A stretch of 64,000 nt of DNA, taken from positions 56,110,001-56,174,000 of the forward strand of contig OZ024740.1 in assembly GCA_964016885.1 (NCBI GenBank), written 5' to 3'. This DNA comes from Eledone cirrhosa. Lineage: Eukaryota. The notes under the pieces are model-generated. The model was not told the origin of the DNA. It was given only the letters and a program-made list of their open reading frames with translations, and did not search any database. Shown here piece by piece: positions 27,168 to 40,213 of this stretch; the first letter of the stretch is position 1; every line of letters starts with the position of its first letter. The translations under genes were made by a program, and so were the position numbers.

Positions 27168-28579
27168 TAAAGTTCAAATTAACAAGTGAAAAAGTTATCT
27201 TTACCAAAACTGTGGTCTTTCTTTTCTATTCTTTTCTATTCTTTTCTTTTCTTTCTTTTCCCCTCTTTATTTTTTTTTTATGCCTTTTTTGTGCTGGAAT
27301 TGTCTGAGTGTTTCTCAAAGACATCTAACTGCAGTGATGCAATAACTGATCCAGAGAAGGTGAAAACAAAAAGAAAGTGAGTGAAGGAAAGAAAGAACGA
27401 ATAATGGAGGAGCAAATTAACCGCAAGGATTCGTTTTCATTAAAAACAAGTGAGGCAGAAAATAAATGATGTGTTTATGGGTGTCTCATAAAATATTCAG
27501 CACCAATACTTCCTTAAAATAGCAAGGTGTAACTGCCAGACTATAGGCTTCTTGTTTCAATTAGTGCTTGAACGACGATACCGTGACTAAGTGGTTGTAT
27601 TTCTTACTGGCTTAGCTAGCTACTTCCCGAAGTGTTATTCAGCAATCATGCTCCGGTTTTGATTTACTGATACGGACTATATAGAATAACGCTCTGAACA
27701 AACATTTTCATTCAGAACTTCATTATTGTAAAGAGGTGCACCACGAAACACAAAGGAGTTCGTCTTGCGATTGTTATTACGAGAAAGAAAGGACAAATGG
27801 AAAAAAAAAGAAAGAAAGAAAGAGAGGTGATAAAAGAAGATAAAAAGAAAAGAAAATGAAAGTGGGAGAATAAAAGAAGGGGAGAAAAGAAAAGAAAGCA
27901 ATAGAGAGTGAAACGAAGGACAAGTGGGGGTAGAAGAAAGAGATAAATGTGAGAAAGACAGTGGTGGAAAGGAGAAGATCCAGTCTCCGAACCCGTGAAA
28001 TATTACTTTCAAATGTGATATTAATTGATTAGCTATGAAGTAGGGGAGAAGTGGAGTATGATTATTAGTGGGGGTGTGAAGAAGAAGGGAAGAAAAGAAA
28101 AGCGAAGAGAGGGGTGTGGCGGATGTTATTCATTGACTATTTCTTAGTATTTTGAATAAGACACAGAAGAATGCAACGTATTTAGGATGCAGAAAGTTTT
28201 ATTTTTTATGGGGAAAACGAAACCGTTCGGAAAAACTGAAAATTGTCAGCTGAGTTTTGTTAGGTCATTACAGCAAATTAAGTTGAATCAACTCCCACAA
28301 AAAAAGAATCATGAAGGACAACAACGATAGTGGACTAAATCAGCTAAGTTATTGAAATCTACGAGACAATAATAAGAAAGGAAAACATGTTTTTGGTGGT
28401 AAAATATGACATATTCACAAGGGTAGTAGTGATAAAGGACTTTATCATAAGCACTGGACAATTTTAGGTAGTCTGTCCTAAGAGTTTGTGGCTTTACAAT
28501 ACAATGGATATTCAACTTAATTCTTATTTGATTATTGCGTTTCTTAGTTATATTTTAAAAAAAGCCATCTCGATGATCG

Positions 28580-28602
28580 CTACCACTAACACCACCACCA
28601 CC

Positions 28603-28635
<33 letters not shown>

Positions 28636-28642
28636 CTTACTG

Positions 28643-28673
<31 letters not shown>

Positions 28674-28716
28674 CACCACCACTACCGCTATTATTACTAC
28701 TATTACTACTGCTGCT

Positions 28717-28764
<48 letters not shown>

Positions 28765-28790
28765 TAGCTGCTACTACTACTACTACATAT
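28580..28790. repeat. (ACC)/(ACT)/(GCT) compound trinucleotide microsatellite
   Basis: Direct reading. Confidence 0.93.
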
Positions 28791-29184
28791 TCACACCCAC
28801 ACACACATACAGACACACATACATCAATGAATTCTCACTATAGCTTCAGTTATGTTGTAATTGTTCTAGTATTTGCTGTTGGATTCAATTTTCTTCCAAT
28901 CCCTTTCGTTTTTCATTCTGATGTTATTGTATTTTTTTTATTTTACTGCCGCGAGCTTTTGTTATGATTTCTGTACGTGTCGTCATTGTCGTTGTTGATA
29001 TTTCGTTATTTATCTTACTATCGTTATTGATTTGGGCTGTTGTTGTCTATGTTAGTATTGTTGCTGTTGTCATTGCAATTGTTGTGTTGTTTTCTATTTG
29101 TAGTCCTTGAATTCGAAACAGCTTTTTTCTGGCATTGTTGCTTTTACGAAATCTTTGGCATTTGCAGCCTTTTCATTTTATTTT

Positions 29185-30100
29185 AAATGTAATCTAAGTT
29201 TTTCGAATATTAATAATAACGTTCGAGTCGTTTTGCAAACAAGCCTCATTTTTAAAGCCATGTCTGTAGAATGAGCTCCTCGTTCTTGCTCTTGTGTTGG
29301 CATGTAAACAGAACTACAGACACTAATGTTTTTTGGGTATCACCCTTCATCAGTACAGCTCACTGTTCACCTCCAACTGTCAGAGCTAGTGAAAAATATA
29401 TGCTATTTTCTAAAATATACAGTGACTGACTGGCCTGATTTGCATATTAGCAGACTAGCTGATGAGTCAGATCTGCATATTAGCAGATCCACTGATCAGC
29501 CAGATTTTCATTTCATCAGACTGGCCAGTCTCCTGTATAGGAGCGATAAATGGCCGGCTTTACTACATTCAAATAAAAAAAATGCTCGCTCTTACAATAT
29601 TGAATACAATAAATGTAATCTGAGTTTTTTTAATATTAATAATAACATTCGATTCGTTCGAAAACTCAGATTACATTTATTGTATTCAGCCATGTAGAAC
29701 GAAATTTTAATTTTTATTTGAATGTGGCAAAGCCGGCCATTTATCGCTCGTATACAGGAAATTGACTGGTCGGTCTGCTGATATGCAAATTTAAAAATGA
29801 GTCTTATTTGCATAATTGAAAACGAATCGAATGTTATTATTAATATTCGAAAAGGTGGATTGGCAGTATCGGTAGAGAGTCGGACGCCATGCTTTAACGC
29901 ATAGAGTTACGGTCCTTGCCATTCTGAGTTCAAATCCCGCCGAGGTTTACTTTGCTTTTCGTCCTTACGGGGTCGATAAAATAAAGTACCAGTAATGCAC
30001 TGGGTAATTGCTGGCCTTGTGCCAAAAGTAGAAACAATTATTAATATTCGAAAAACTCAGATTACATTTATTGTATTCAGCCATGTAGAGCGAACTTTTT
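29185..30100. mobile_element. Foldback/MITE-like element with nested inverted repeats, interrupted by a SINE
   Basis: aaatgtaatct(g/a)agttttt...aatattaataataac occurs at ~29185 and ~29610, with reverse complements at ~29660 and ~29820-30080. Arms cctgtataggagcgataaatggccggcttt and aaagccggccatttatcgctcgtatacagg. Confidence 0.6.
29854..30036 (+). mobile_element. SINE family 1 copy with an 18-bp target-site duplication
   Basis: attattaatattcgaaaa at both 29836-29853 and 30037-30054. Confidence 0.9.
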
Positions 30101-30459
30101 TTTTTCATTTTATTTTAATTTTCTCACATTTCCGTCTTTATAATTCCCGCGTTACTTTTTCCCGAGTTTCCTCACCAGTGTTGTCGTTGTTATCGTTATT
30201 GTTGTTGTTCTTGGTGTTGCTAAAATTATTGTTTTTGTTGTTGTTGTTGCTGATACTAATTTTGCATTTGTTGTTGGTCTCATTAATCTTATACAGTACA
30301 CGATGTTCGTTTTAGCGGAATGTCTGAGTTACCCGATAATAAGGTTTGATTTTGAATACCTATATTATTATGTACGCAGAATATAATATATAGTAACAAA
30401 ATTACAGAAAATTCTGTAACATATAACTATATAAAACATATATTGTATAAAATTATTTA

Positions 30460-30750
30460 ACTTACAACATCATTGCGTCCACAGTGGAACATTCCTGACA
30501 AAGTGTCTTCACAATTCGCGATTTTCCATTGCTCCTGGCAACTGACCCTACTGAGGTTTCTATCGTCTGAGAGTTGGTCGATGAATGTTTGTGCAGGTCT
30601 TCTTTTATTGTGCCTCCCATGACTAGCTTGTGTATAACTTCCTGCTTACTTCTCCAGCAATGTCCTGCAAATTGTAACCGTCTTTGAGCAATTATAGTTG
30701 TTATCTTGGTCAAGTTTCCATGTGAACTTCATTTGTCGCCAGTTTATGTT
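30460..30750 (-). mobile_element. RTE/RTEX-like LINE 3' fragment
   Basis: KITTIIAQRRLQFAGHCWRSKQEVIHKL matches the RTE-type C-terminal RRLxxxGH motif. Confidence 0.65.
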
Positions 30751-30956
30751 TTGCTAATTGATAATACCAATTGCTTGTAATATACATGGCCTAATGGCGG
30801 TAAATCACCAGAGGCGTTAGAGCGTCGGACATAATGCTTGATTGTTGATTGTATTCGTTCCGGCTATTTACGTTCTGAGTTCAAATCCCGCCGAGGTTAA
30901 TTTTACCTGTAACCCACTTGAGGTTGATAAAATAAAATACCAGTCCGGAACTCAGG

Positions 30957-31000
<44 letters not shown>

Positions 31001-31329
31001 AGAGAGACTCACTCACTCACTCTCTCCCGCCCTCTTCCCCGCTCTCACTATTTGCCCTCCTCTCTCCCTCTCTCCCTTTCTCTCCTTTTCAGACCGAATG
31101 ATAACGATATGTCCCTGTGAAAAGGTATTCGTCAGAAGACATGTTCATGGAAAATAAAACGTAGAAAATCATATTTGAATCAACTGTTATAGTATTTTAA
31201 AATAATAAAATTTAGAAATTATTGATATACAAATCAGAATTTGTAGAGTGGTTATGGTAAGCGGCCCGACAGAATAACCCTCTTCCCGTTCGAGGGAGGT
31301 AAATCTCTACTCTGGGACGCGACATTTTG

Positions 31330-31625
31330 CGACTCATTCTCTGCTTCCAAACGTGTTGCTTTGGCCGTAAATCCCGAGCAACGCCGCCCGCAATGCAAAG
31401 CGGAATATAAATAAATACCGGGGCTTAAACGACCACTTCCTTTTCATTCCGGTCACCGTCAAAACTTCTTGGGTCCTCGATCCCCGCATTGCCGATTTCA
31501 TCTTCAAAATTGGAAAGACAGCAGCCCGCCTGAGGAAAGGAAGGAGCCCCGTGAGGCAGGTTAGCTGTTGCAACAGATGTCGCTGGCCATTCTCTGTAGC
31601 AATGCCTTCACCCTTTTTGTCAGTG
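31330..31625 (+). mobile_element. Degenerate CRE-like RLE fragment
   Basis: Nucleotide similarity to 7290-7580 (aaataccggggctt...gcagcccgcctgagga...gatgtcgctggccat). Confidence 0.55.
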
Positions 31626-31952
31626 TGGCACAACCGAATCACCGCTCAAACTTGGATTTCGGGTCTGTCCCTTTCTCTCTTTCTTTCATTGTTTAATTCT
31701 CTTTTTTTTTTCTTTTTCTTCTATCTCTGGGTCGACAAAATAAGCATCAATAATGCACTGGGATCGATTCAATCGACTCTACCCTCCCCTTAAATTGTTG
31801 GCCTTGTCCCTAAATGAGAAACCTTTATTGATAATATTACAAGTAAACATATTAACATTTTCAAATGTTTATTCTGTTTTCGAAACTCTACATCGTGAAC
31901 CCTCACACACACATGCGCATTCTAAAAGACAATTCGAAATTAAGTTTTGTCA

Positions 31953-32155
31953 TACGAAGGTGAGCTGAAAATTTCATAGGCTAACAAAGATATTCTCGTG
32001 GAATGACCAAATGAGGTTTATGTTTCGACATAGTTCCTGGAAAGAAACAATGCAGTTATTAATAAGAAGAGTTGAAATTAATGCCTGCAAGATTTCACAG
32101 CTTTAGTATATCAATCCTTCATAGTTAGCCTATAAACTTTTCAGCCAACTATCGA
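31953..32155. mobile_element. Mariner-type MITE (~200 bp)
   Basis: Imperfect TIRs tacgaaggtgagctgaaaatttcataggctaac and gttagcctataaacttttcagccaactatcgaa. Confidence 0.6.
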
Positions 32156-32569
32156 ATTTCTATTTAAATTCATGTTATTAAAAACATGGAAACAATCTAG
32201 AAAATATATTTTCTTTAAATATTTTGTTCTTAACATTTTAAAAGTACAATAAGCTCTTTTAAAAAACAATATTTGACAGTAAGTTTCGATGCGAATTTTT
32301 CTCTACGAATATATGTTTTTTTAAATATATTTTCGACGGATATTCTTAACGATTCATTTGATATTGGCGAATATGCTTTCGAGCAATTTGGAAAATTTGA
32401 TTGCTATTTCCAGCAAGATAGAGTGACCACGTAAAGGCTTACTCGTTTTAATTTCTGTTGCCGTTGTAGGCGTTATAAGAATTTGTTATTGTTGTTGTTG
32501 CTATTCTTGCTGTTTAAACTTTGTTTTCTTTGCCATTGCTCCGTACTTTTTATTGTAAAAAATAGTCAT

Positions 32570-34562
32570 TGTTAAAGATTTGGGCCAAGGTGTTAGCAAC
32601 GAGGCTGGCGCTTGTCGTCGAGCACCTGGTCGGAAAAGCTCAAACGTGTGCAATTCCAACCAGGTCCATACACGACAACCTCCACCTCATGCGATGCATC
32701 ATAGAGAGGGTGGGGTGTAAACCCGGCTTTGGTGGCGCTCTGATCAATTTAGATCAGTCTAAGACGTTTGATAGGGTCGAGCATCGATACTTGGAAGCGG
32801 TTCACAAGGCGGCCGGTTTCGGACCCGTCTTCAGAGGCTGGATCACAGCCATGCATACCAACATCTGCTCGACAGTCAAGGTGAACGGCTACCTATCAGA
32901 GCCGTTCCCAATTACGCGTTCCATCCGACAGGGATGCCCTCTCTCCTCCATTCTGTACGTGTTGACTCTCGAGCCACTACTGCAGAAGTTGGAGAATTTG
33001 CAGGGCATCCCGTTGGAACTGTGACTGCAAAAAGCAGCGTCGGCTGGAATACGAAAGGCTTACAGGAGCAAAACTCAGCCCGGACAAGTCTGTCGGTTTG
33101 CAACTCGGAACGTGGAGTGGCAAACCGATGCCGTCCGACAGCGTCGTCGGACGCTGGACGGAAGGACCGGTGAAATTAGTCGGGGTCTGGTTCGGTCCAG
33201 ACCTCCAGATGGAGAAAAACTGGAACGAGGTCATGGCCAAGGTTTTTTCGCTCATCCAGAAGTGGGCAGAGTGCAAACTATCCTTGAAAGATCGAGCGGA
33301 GGTGGCGAACACTTTCATAGCATCCGTCATCTATTACCGCTTGACCGTCGTGCCTTGTCCCTGTGAATACCTCAACAAGACGGAACGCATGCTCTTCCAA
33401 TTCCTTTGAAAGAAGCAGCCCCCACAGGAGAGGAGATCTGTCTGCAGCCAGCACTCTTCTAACGGAGGGCTGGGAATGCCGTGACTGATGATACGCAAAC
33501 ACGCTCTGAGGCTACGGCATCTCCAGGTATTCCTCGCCGACCAACCGGTGTGGGCCCCGTTTGTGAGACAAGCCTTTCCGCAACTTACCTCGCTGACGGA
33601 GTTGCAGTCCTGGGTCAAGCGGAGACCGAAGAAAATGGGCGCCTGGCACATTGAATGCGCTCAGGCGCTCACAGTCCTCTGTCAAACGGGCACAGCAATC
33701 AGTGGTGACTCCACTTCGTCATTCTATAGAGGGATAGTATAATACAAGTGCGACGACGTGCTCGGAGAGACTCTGGACTTCGAAGAAGACGAGCTCACCA
33801 GTCTGTTCGGTAGGACTTTCCGCCCGGGACCTATGGATAACTTCCAAAGGTCCTTGGCCTGGCAGTGCTACCGAGGCACTCTGCCAGTACGCGATAAGAT
33901 CTACAGGCACAGACGCCCAGGAAGGGATCCTTCAAAGAGGACGTGTGCACGATGCGAGCAGGACATTGAAACCGTCCTACACGCAATTGTACACTGCCTG
34001 GGCGTAAGAGACCTGTGGGACAACTGCTGTTGTGTGTGGAACAAATCCAGTTGACTACCGAGTCCATAGTAAGGATCAAACCGCCACCATTTAAAAACGT
34101 AAGAGAGGCGGTTTTCCTCTGTATTGTGGCTATGCTGAAAGAGGTTATATGGTGGACAAGGTTGAGAGGGGTGAGGACAGATGCCTTTCTCTCCGGACAA
34201 CAACTCATTCCCTTCTTTAGATACCACTTTAGAAGGAGAATCAGTAAATTCACTGAAAGGTGGGCGAATGTGTCGAAAATGGCCCGAGTAGTTGGGCCTT
34301 CTTTGTATATAAGCCTGTAGGTTGAGGAAGAGGGTGAAAGGAAGAAAGGAGCACTTGCACAACATGCTCCTGGAGTTGAGGGTTGTTCTATCTACGGGGT
34401 ATAAAACAACCCATTTGTAACGCCCGCCCCCCCCCCCCCCCCATTGGGGATTTCGATTGTTATATTTTAATGTTAAAACTTTTTTACACGATTGTATGTA
34501 AATCCCCGTCATATGGCTTTGTATTGTCCCCTTTTCTTGTGCGCCCCTGTGGCAAATAAAGC
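32570..34562 (+). mobile_element. 5'-truncated Tx1/L1-clade LINE (family B), disrupted ORF2, ending in (TATC)n
   Basis: KIWAKVLATRL...DQSKTFDRVEH...RQGCPLS; the YADD region is deleted near 33040; C-terminal CARC..ETVLHAIVHC; AATAAA at ~34555 followed by (TATC)n. Confidence 0.9.
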
Positions 34563-34570
34563 AATCTATA

Positions 34571-34601
<31 letters not shown>

Positions 34602-34603
34602 CC

Positions 34604-34665
<62 letters not shown>

Positions 34666-34672
34666 CCTCTAT
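34563..34672. repeat. (TATC)n microsatellite between two Tx1-like copies
   Basis: Direct reading. Confidence 0.95.
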
Positions 34673-35600
34673 CGCCCAGGTGCTCACAGTCCTCTGTCAA
34701 GCGGGCGCAGCAATCAGTGGTGACTCCACTTTGACATCCTATAGAGGGTTAGTACTTTACAAGTGACGACGTACTCGGGGAGACTCTAGGCGTCGAAGAC
34801 GACGAGCTCACCAGTCTGTTCGGTAGGACTTTCCGCCCGGGACCTATGGATAACTTCCAGAGGCCTGGCAGTGCTACCGAGGAGCTCTACCCGTTCGAGA
34901 TAAGATCTACAGGCAGGGATCCTTCCAAGAGGGCGTGTCCAAGATGCGAGCAGGGCATTGAAACCGTCTTGCACGCAATTGTACACTGCCCGGGAGTAAG
35001 CGACCTGTGGAGCTATGCAGAACAACTGGTGTCGCGTATGGGACAAATCCAGTTGACTGCCGAGTCCATAGTAAGGATCAAACCACCAGCCTCTTTCAAA
35101 AACGAAAGAGAGGCGGTTTTCCTCTGTACAGTGGCTATGGTGAAAGAAGTTATATGGTGGTCGAGATTGAGAGGACTGAAGACAGATGCCTTTCTCTTCG
35201 GACAACAATTTATTCCCTTCTTTAAGTATCACTTTAGAAGGAGAGTCAGAGTGGAGAGAGAGGCACTGCACCCCAGTAAATTTACTGAAAGGTGGCTGAA
35301 TGAAGCGAAATTAGCCCGAGTGATTGGGCCTTCTCTGTTTATAAGCCTGTAGGTTAAAGAAGAGAGCAAAAGGAAGAAAGGAGCACTTGCACAACACGCT
35401 CCTGAAGTTGAGGGTTGTTCTATCGACGGGGTATTAAACAACCCATTTGTGGCGCCTCCCCTCTATTGGGGATTTCGATTGTTATAATTGTTTGTTTCAA
35501 TAGTTTTAGACGACTGTATGTAAAATCCCCGGCATGTGTCTATGTATTGTCCCTTTTTCTTGTGCGCCCTTGTGGCAAATAAAGTAATATATCTATCTAC
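34673..35600 (+). mobile_element. Second 5'-truncated Tx1-like family B copy (3' ~900 bp)
   Basis: Paralogous to 33660-34560; CPRCEQGIETVLHAIVHC; ends aataaagtaatatatctatctac. Confidence 0.88.
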
Positions 35601-36467
35601 CACACACACACGCAATCTCTCTCCCACCTCTCTCCATTTATTTGTCTTCCACTCACTATGATTCTTTCTCAATAATCTCTCTCTTTCTCCCTCACACTCT
35701 CTCTAACTCCTCATTTCACTGTATTTTTTGTTCCCTTTCTTTCTCTCCTTATATCTTTCTCTTTCTTTTTCTTTCTCTCTTTCTTTCACTCCCTCCTTCC
35801 CTTTCGTTCCCTATTTCTATTTTCATCTCTCTGTATTTTACACACACATAAACCCATTACTAGCAAAACACACACACAAGCTGAATTAAAGACACATACG
35901 CAGTCTCTCAATCTCTTTCCCTCTTTTCCACCTTTTCCTACCTTCCCCCCAAATTGTTATTGTGACAATTATTATTGTTCTTCTTGCTCCTACTGCTGCT
36001 ATAGAAGCTACCAGTGTCCTTGCTGCTTGTTATTGTTATTCTTGAAGATTGCACGTGCAGCAAAACAACAACAAAAGCTAGGAACAAAAACTTAAGAAAA
36101 GAAACGTGAAAGAATAACAATAAGAATAGATAGCTAAATTATATAGCGGCTTGTTCTTGTTGTCGTTGTTACTGTTGTATATAAACTTGCTTGTTTTAAT
36201 ATTATTTGGGATTGAATCGCTTCTTCGGTCAGCCCCTAAACTGATAGCTTTAAAATGATCGTTTAATTGAAGTAGACAAGTGAAGCGCTGGAGCACGGGA
36301 ACAGGGAAATGAGGACGCACTGAATCAACTAGGATTGGCTTATCTGTCCTTCTCTACCCTGTACCTCCTTTTCTATTCTTCCTGGCCTTGTCTGGCCTTT
36401 CCTGACCTCGATGGACACCCATTCATTGCAAATTGTTTTTACAAGCAGACTTACTAAGTCAACGTCG

Positions 36468-36632
36468 TGATCATCATCATCATCATCATCCTCATCATCA
36501 TCGTCATCATCATCGTCATCAACATCAACATCATCATCATTGTCATCACCATCATTGTCATCATCATCAGCATCATCATCGTCGTCATCATTGTCGTCGT
36601 CGTCATCATCATCAGCAGCAGCAGCAATGGCA
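36468..36632. repeat. (CAT)n-like microsatellite, probable tail of the adjacent RTE copy
   Basis: Direct reading. It lies at the 3' end of the minus-strand RTE fragment. Confidence 0.85.
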
Positions 36633-36649
36633 GCCATTATCTACCCACT

Positions 36650-36826
36650 TGGCAGTATCGGTAGATGGTCGGACGCCATGCTTTGCAGCATAGAGTTATG
36701 CCCATTTACGGTCCGAGTTCAAATCCCGCCGAGGTTACCTTTGCCTTTCATCCTTACTGGGTCGATAAAATAAAGAACCAGTAATACACTGGGATAATTG
36801 CTGGATAATTGCCAAAACTAAAAATT
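36650..36826 (+). mobile_element. SINE family 1 copy with a 14-bp TSD, inserted in an RTE 3' end
   Basis: attatctacccact at both 36636-36649 and 36827-36840. Confidence 0.88.
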
Positions 36827-37035
36827 ATTATCTACCCACTGCAAGGCAAGGGTCTCCCCAAACCGGTGCCAATTGTTTTTATCCTGTACCGTTCTCATCC
36901 ATGTAATTCCTATAAATGTATCCAACTTAACTATTCCCCCTGTCTTCTCTTTCCATCGTCTACGTCCATCTCTATTTTGTACATTTTGTACCTTCCCTTC
37001 TATTTCAAAGAAATTAACGGTTGTTCTATTAAGTG
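36827..37035 (-). mobile_element. RTE-clade LINE 3' fragment
   Basis: TWMRTVQDKNNWHRFGETLALQWVD resembles the typical RTE C-terminus. Confidence 0.65.
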
Positions 37036-37204
37036 ATAGAATGGTCAAACAAAATGAGATGAGATCTCTCAAACTAAGAAAAGAAAAACTGCTTCGTTGT
37101 TTATTTGTTAACATATGTTGTCACCAGAAGATTGATATTTTAAAATCGAATTTGGTGACGGGTTACACCGTTATAAGTCAATCTAGGGAGTACATCAATA
37201 TCCA

Positions 37205-37412
37205 CTCTTGGCAGGTGCAATGTGTCCTTATACGGAAGAGCCGAACTCCCACTGTCATCGCCCCCATCTCTCTCGCCTTCCCCATCTCTCTGTATGGTGA
37301 GCAAATAGAGTCCCACGTGCTGGCCGCCCCACAGCCCCGGCGGACAGAATGGAGAAAGCGTTTCCCCGGAGGATGGTAAGGGAGATGCGCTGGAAGAGCC
37401 ATTCCATCTCTA
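37205..37412 (-). mobile_element. Short 3' end of the CRE-like element
   Basis: Reverse complement of 16050-16240. Confidence 0.75.
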
Positions 37413-37781
37413 TTTTATTATTTAATTTTTCTGAGTATTACGATCTGAGTTCAAATGCCGCCGAGGGTAACTATGCCTTTCATCCTTAAGGAGTCGATAG
37501 AATAAAGTACCAGTAATGCACTGGGATAATTGCTAGCCTTGAGCCCAAAATAGAAACAATCATTTAATTTTTCTCCTCCCCCTCCTTCTTTTCTTTTTCT
37601 CTCTCTTCCTGTTTCTTATCTTAATTACTTTTGTTATTGTGTACTTCTGTTTGCTAATAAATACTTCCGTTTAGTTTCTACTGTCATTTATTCGTTAACA
37701 GTACTGACTACCATTTTCACATTTTAATGTTTTATGGTGAGTCGTACTGACTAAGTACATTCACTATATTAATAATAATAA

Positions 37782-39531
37782 CACCGTGTAACAAAAAAAA
37801 AAGTTTTCTCTGTTCCTGGCTTGTAATCACTTTTTTGTGTTGCTTAGGTCCCAAATAAATTTTAAAAAGTGCTATTAAACAGTTAAAAGTTTGGGTTTGT
37901 AAAAATTCTAAGCTATTCACTAGAATTATTTGTATGCTGGATTTTACGTTGTATGTAAGTTTAATTTGCTTATGTTAAATGATTTTTTATATATATGTTT
38001 CAGGTTAAATTAAAATTATAAAATAAAGAGTAATACCTAAAGAAAATTATAAAAGTGCAATAAAGTATAAAATTGTTAAAAAGTGGATTAATGAGATTTA
38101 TTGATACTGGATTTTCGCACCCTGAATGAAGGGTAAGTTGTGTTTTAAGCATTCGTCTCCAGGATGAAGCAGTGGAACTTGGTCAAGGAGGAAGTGCAGG
38201 TGACAAGTCAGAGAAGTCGACACGAACCTTTTTCAGGCTTTTACACTCTTAGGGATGGCCTCTGCTTCTGCCATGACGTGCCTGGACTGTTTGACGTTAT
38301 TGGGGTGCCGTTTGTGCCCAAGGAGTGGCGGCTATTTATAGATAGCTCCACCACGAGTTTGAAGGCTCTCCTCCTCCACAATGGAAACAAGTTCCCGACA
38401 CTGCCCCTAGCTCATTCAGTCTGCCTGAAGGAAGATTACTACAGTGTGAAAGTCATCTTGGAAGCTCTGCAATACAACCAGTACAATTGGGAAATCATTG
38501 GAGACTTCAAGATGGTGTGGTGGCTTTCCTGCTTGGACTCCAAGGAGGCTTTATCAAATTCCAATGCTTGCTCTGCCTTTGGGACAGCAGAGACACCTCT
38601 GACCACTACAAAAGAAAGAACTGGGAGCAGCGAACAGAATTTGTAGTTGGGACCCGGAACGTCATGTGGGGGCCACTGGTTGATCCCAGGATTGTGCTCA
38701 TGCCGCCACTGCATATTAAGTTGGGGGTGATGAAGCAGTTTGTGAAGGCTCTCAACCAAGAATCAGCCGCTTTTAAGTACCTTCTTGAGTTCTTCCCCAA
38801 GTTATCTGAGGCCAAAATCAAAGGTGGAATTTTTGTTGGACCTCAGATAAAGAAGGTGTTTGAGTCTACCGAGTTCTCCAATAAGCTCAATAGGATTGAG
38901 ATAACAGCATGGAACTGTTTCAAGGCAGTTGTTAAGGGCTTCCTGGGCAACTACAGAGCTGAAAACTACCAGCAACTGGTGTAGGATCTGATAAAGGCTT
39001 TTGGCGCCACGGGATGCAGGATGTCGCTTAAACTCCATATGCTGGACGCTCACCTGGAAAAATTCAGGGACAATATAGGCGCCTACTCAGAAGAACAAGG
39101 CGAACCATTCCACCAAGATATGAAAGAGATAGAGCGGAGGTACCAGGGCCACTACAATGAAAAAATGATGGGGGACTATATCTGGGGCCTAGTGCGGGAA
39201 TGCGACCTGGACTACAACTGCAAATCCAGGAAATCCAGTCATTTCTGACGTGTATAAGTTGCTTTATAAGTGTTATTTGTTTTTACTCGTTTGCTTTTGA
39301 TAAGCTTGTGTAATAAAATAGATATATACTCTGTTGATTTAATTATATGAAATGATAAATTTTTTTTTAAATGTGTTTTTTCTTGAAAAATATGAAAATT
39401 TCGAAATATCAAACTTTTGAGCATAAACCCAAACTTCTGATTAAATAATAGTGTTTTTTTTATAATAATGGGGTATACAAAACCAGGAAATGATACTTAG
39501 AACCAGGGAACAGTAAATATGTTACACGGTG
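37782..39531 (+). mobile_element. Chapaev3-like (CMC) DNA transposon, apparently deleted or disrupted
   Basis: Termini TAA|CACCGTGTAACA ... TGTTACACGGTG|TTA (CAC...GTG with TWA flanks) enclose a transposase remnant. Confidence 0.75.
38164..39248 (+). pseudogene. Chapaev3-like transposase C-terminal region, frameshifted
   Basis: WRLFIDSSTTSLKALLLHNGN, IGDFKM, CLLCLWDSR, PPLHIKLGVMKQFVKAL, KGGIFVGPQI, MSLKLHMLDAHL, SEEQGEPFHQD; frameshift at ~38515 and stop at 38984. Confidence 0.8.
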
Positions 39532-39574
39532 TTATCTCTGGCAATTAGGAGGCTTCCTGTATTACCTTATTAGA

Positions 39575-40066
39575 GGTTGCTGTTGTTGTTGTCGTCAACG
39601 ACGTCGTCGTTAACGTTGTCTGCGCCACCGTCGTCGTCGTCTTTGTTGTTAGAGTTGTTTTTCTTGTTGTTGCCATCGTCGTCGTTGTCGTCGTCAACGT
39701 CGCCGTCATCGTAGTCAATTGTTGTTGTTGTTGGTGTTGTTGTTGGTGTTGTTGTTGGTGTTGTTGTTGGTGTTGTTGTTCATGTTGCCATCGTCGTCGT
39801 TGTCGTCGTCAACGTCGTCGTCGTCGTAGTCGCCGTTGTTGTTGTTGTTGCTGTTGTTGTTCATGTTGTCATCGACGTCGTTGTCAACGTCACCGTCGTG
39901 GCCGTCGTCGTCGTAGTCGTTTTTTTTGTTAGGGTAGTTGTTCTTGTTGTTGCCATCGTCGTCGTCGTAGTCGCCGTTGTTGTTGTTGGTGTTGTTGTTG
40001 TTCTTGTTGTCATCGACGTCGTTGTCAACGTCCGTTGCAGTCGTCGTTGTCGTTGTTGTTGTTGTT
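39575..40066. repeat. (GTT)/(GTC) compound trinucleotide repeat with higher-order units
   Basis: Direct reading. Confidence 0.9.
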
Positions 40067-40213
40067 ACGAGTCAGTTCAGTTCTGATCGAACCACTTAGA
40101 CCACCAGTTTAGTGGAGTCCTAAATTGTATACCCCCCCCCCTATTAATCTCTCCACGAAAGGAGGAGGCACTACTCAGATGGATCCCATTGTTTTCTATC
40201 CATGGACAGTGAA

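Noticed and set aside
20100-29100. Possible host exons in the TE-poor stretch
   Set aside because: No ORF with recognisable protein features was found. Isolated splice-like motifs (for example caggtaag at ~22630) cannot be supported without transcripts. Faint RTE-like remnants near 25260-25480 and 26560-26780 were too degraded to call.
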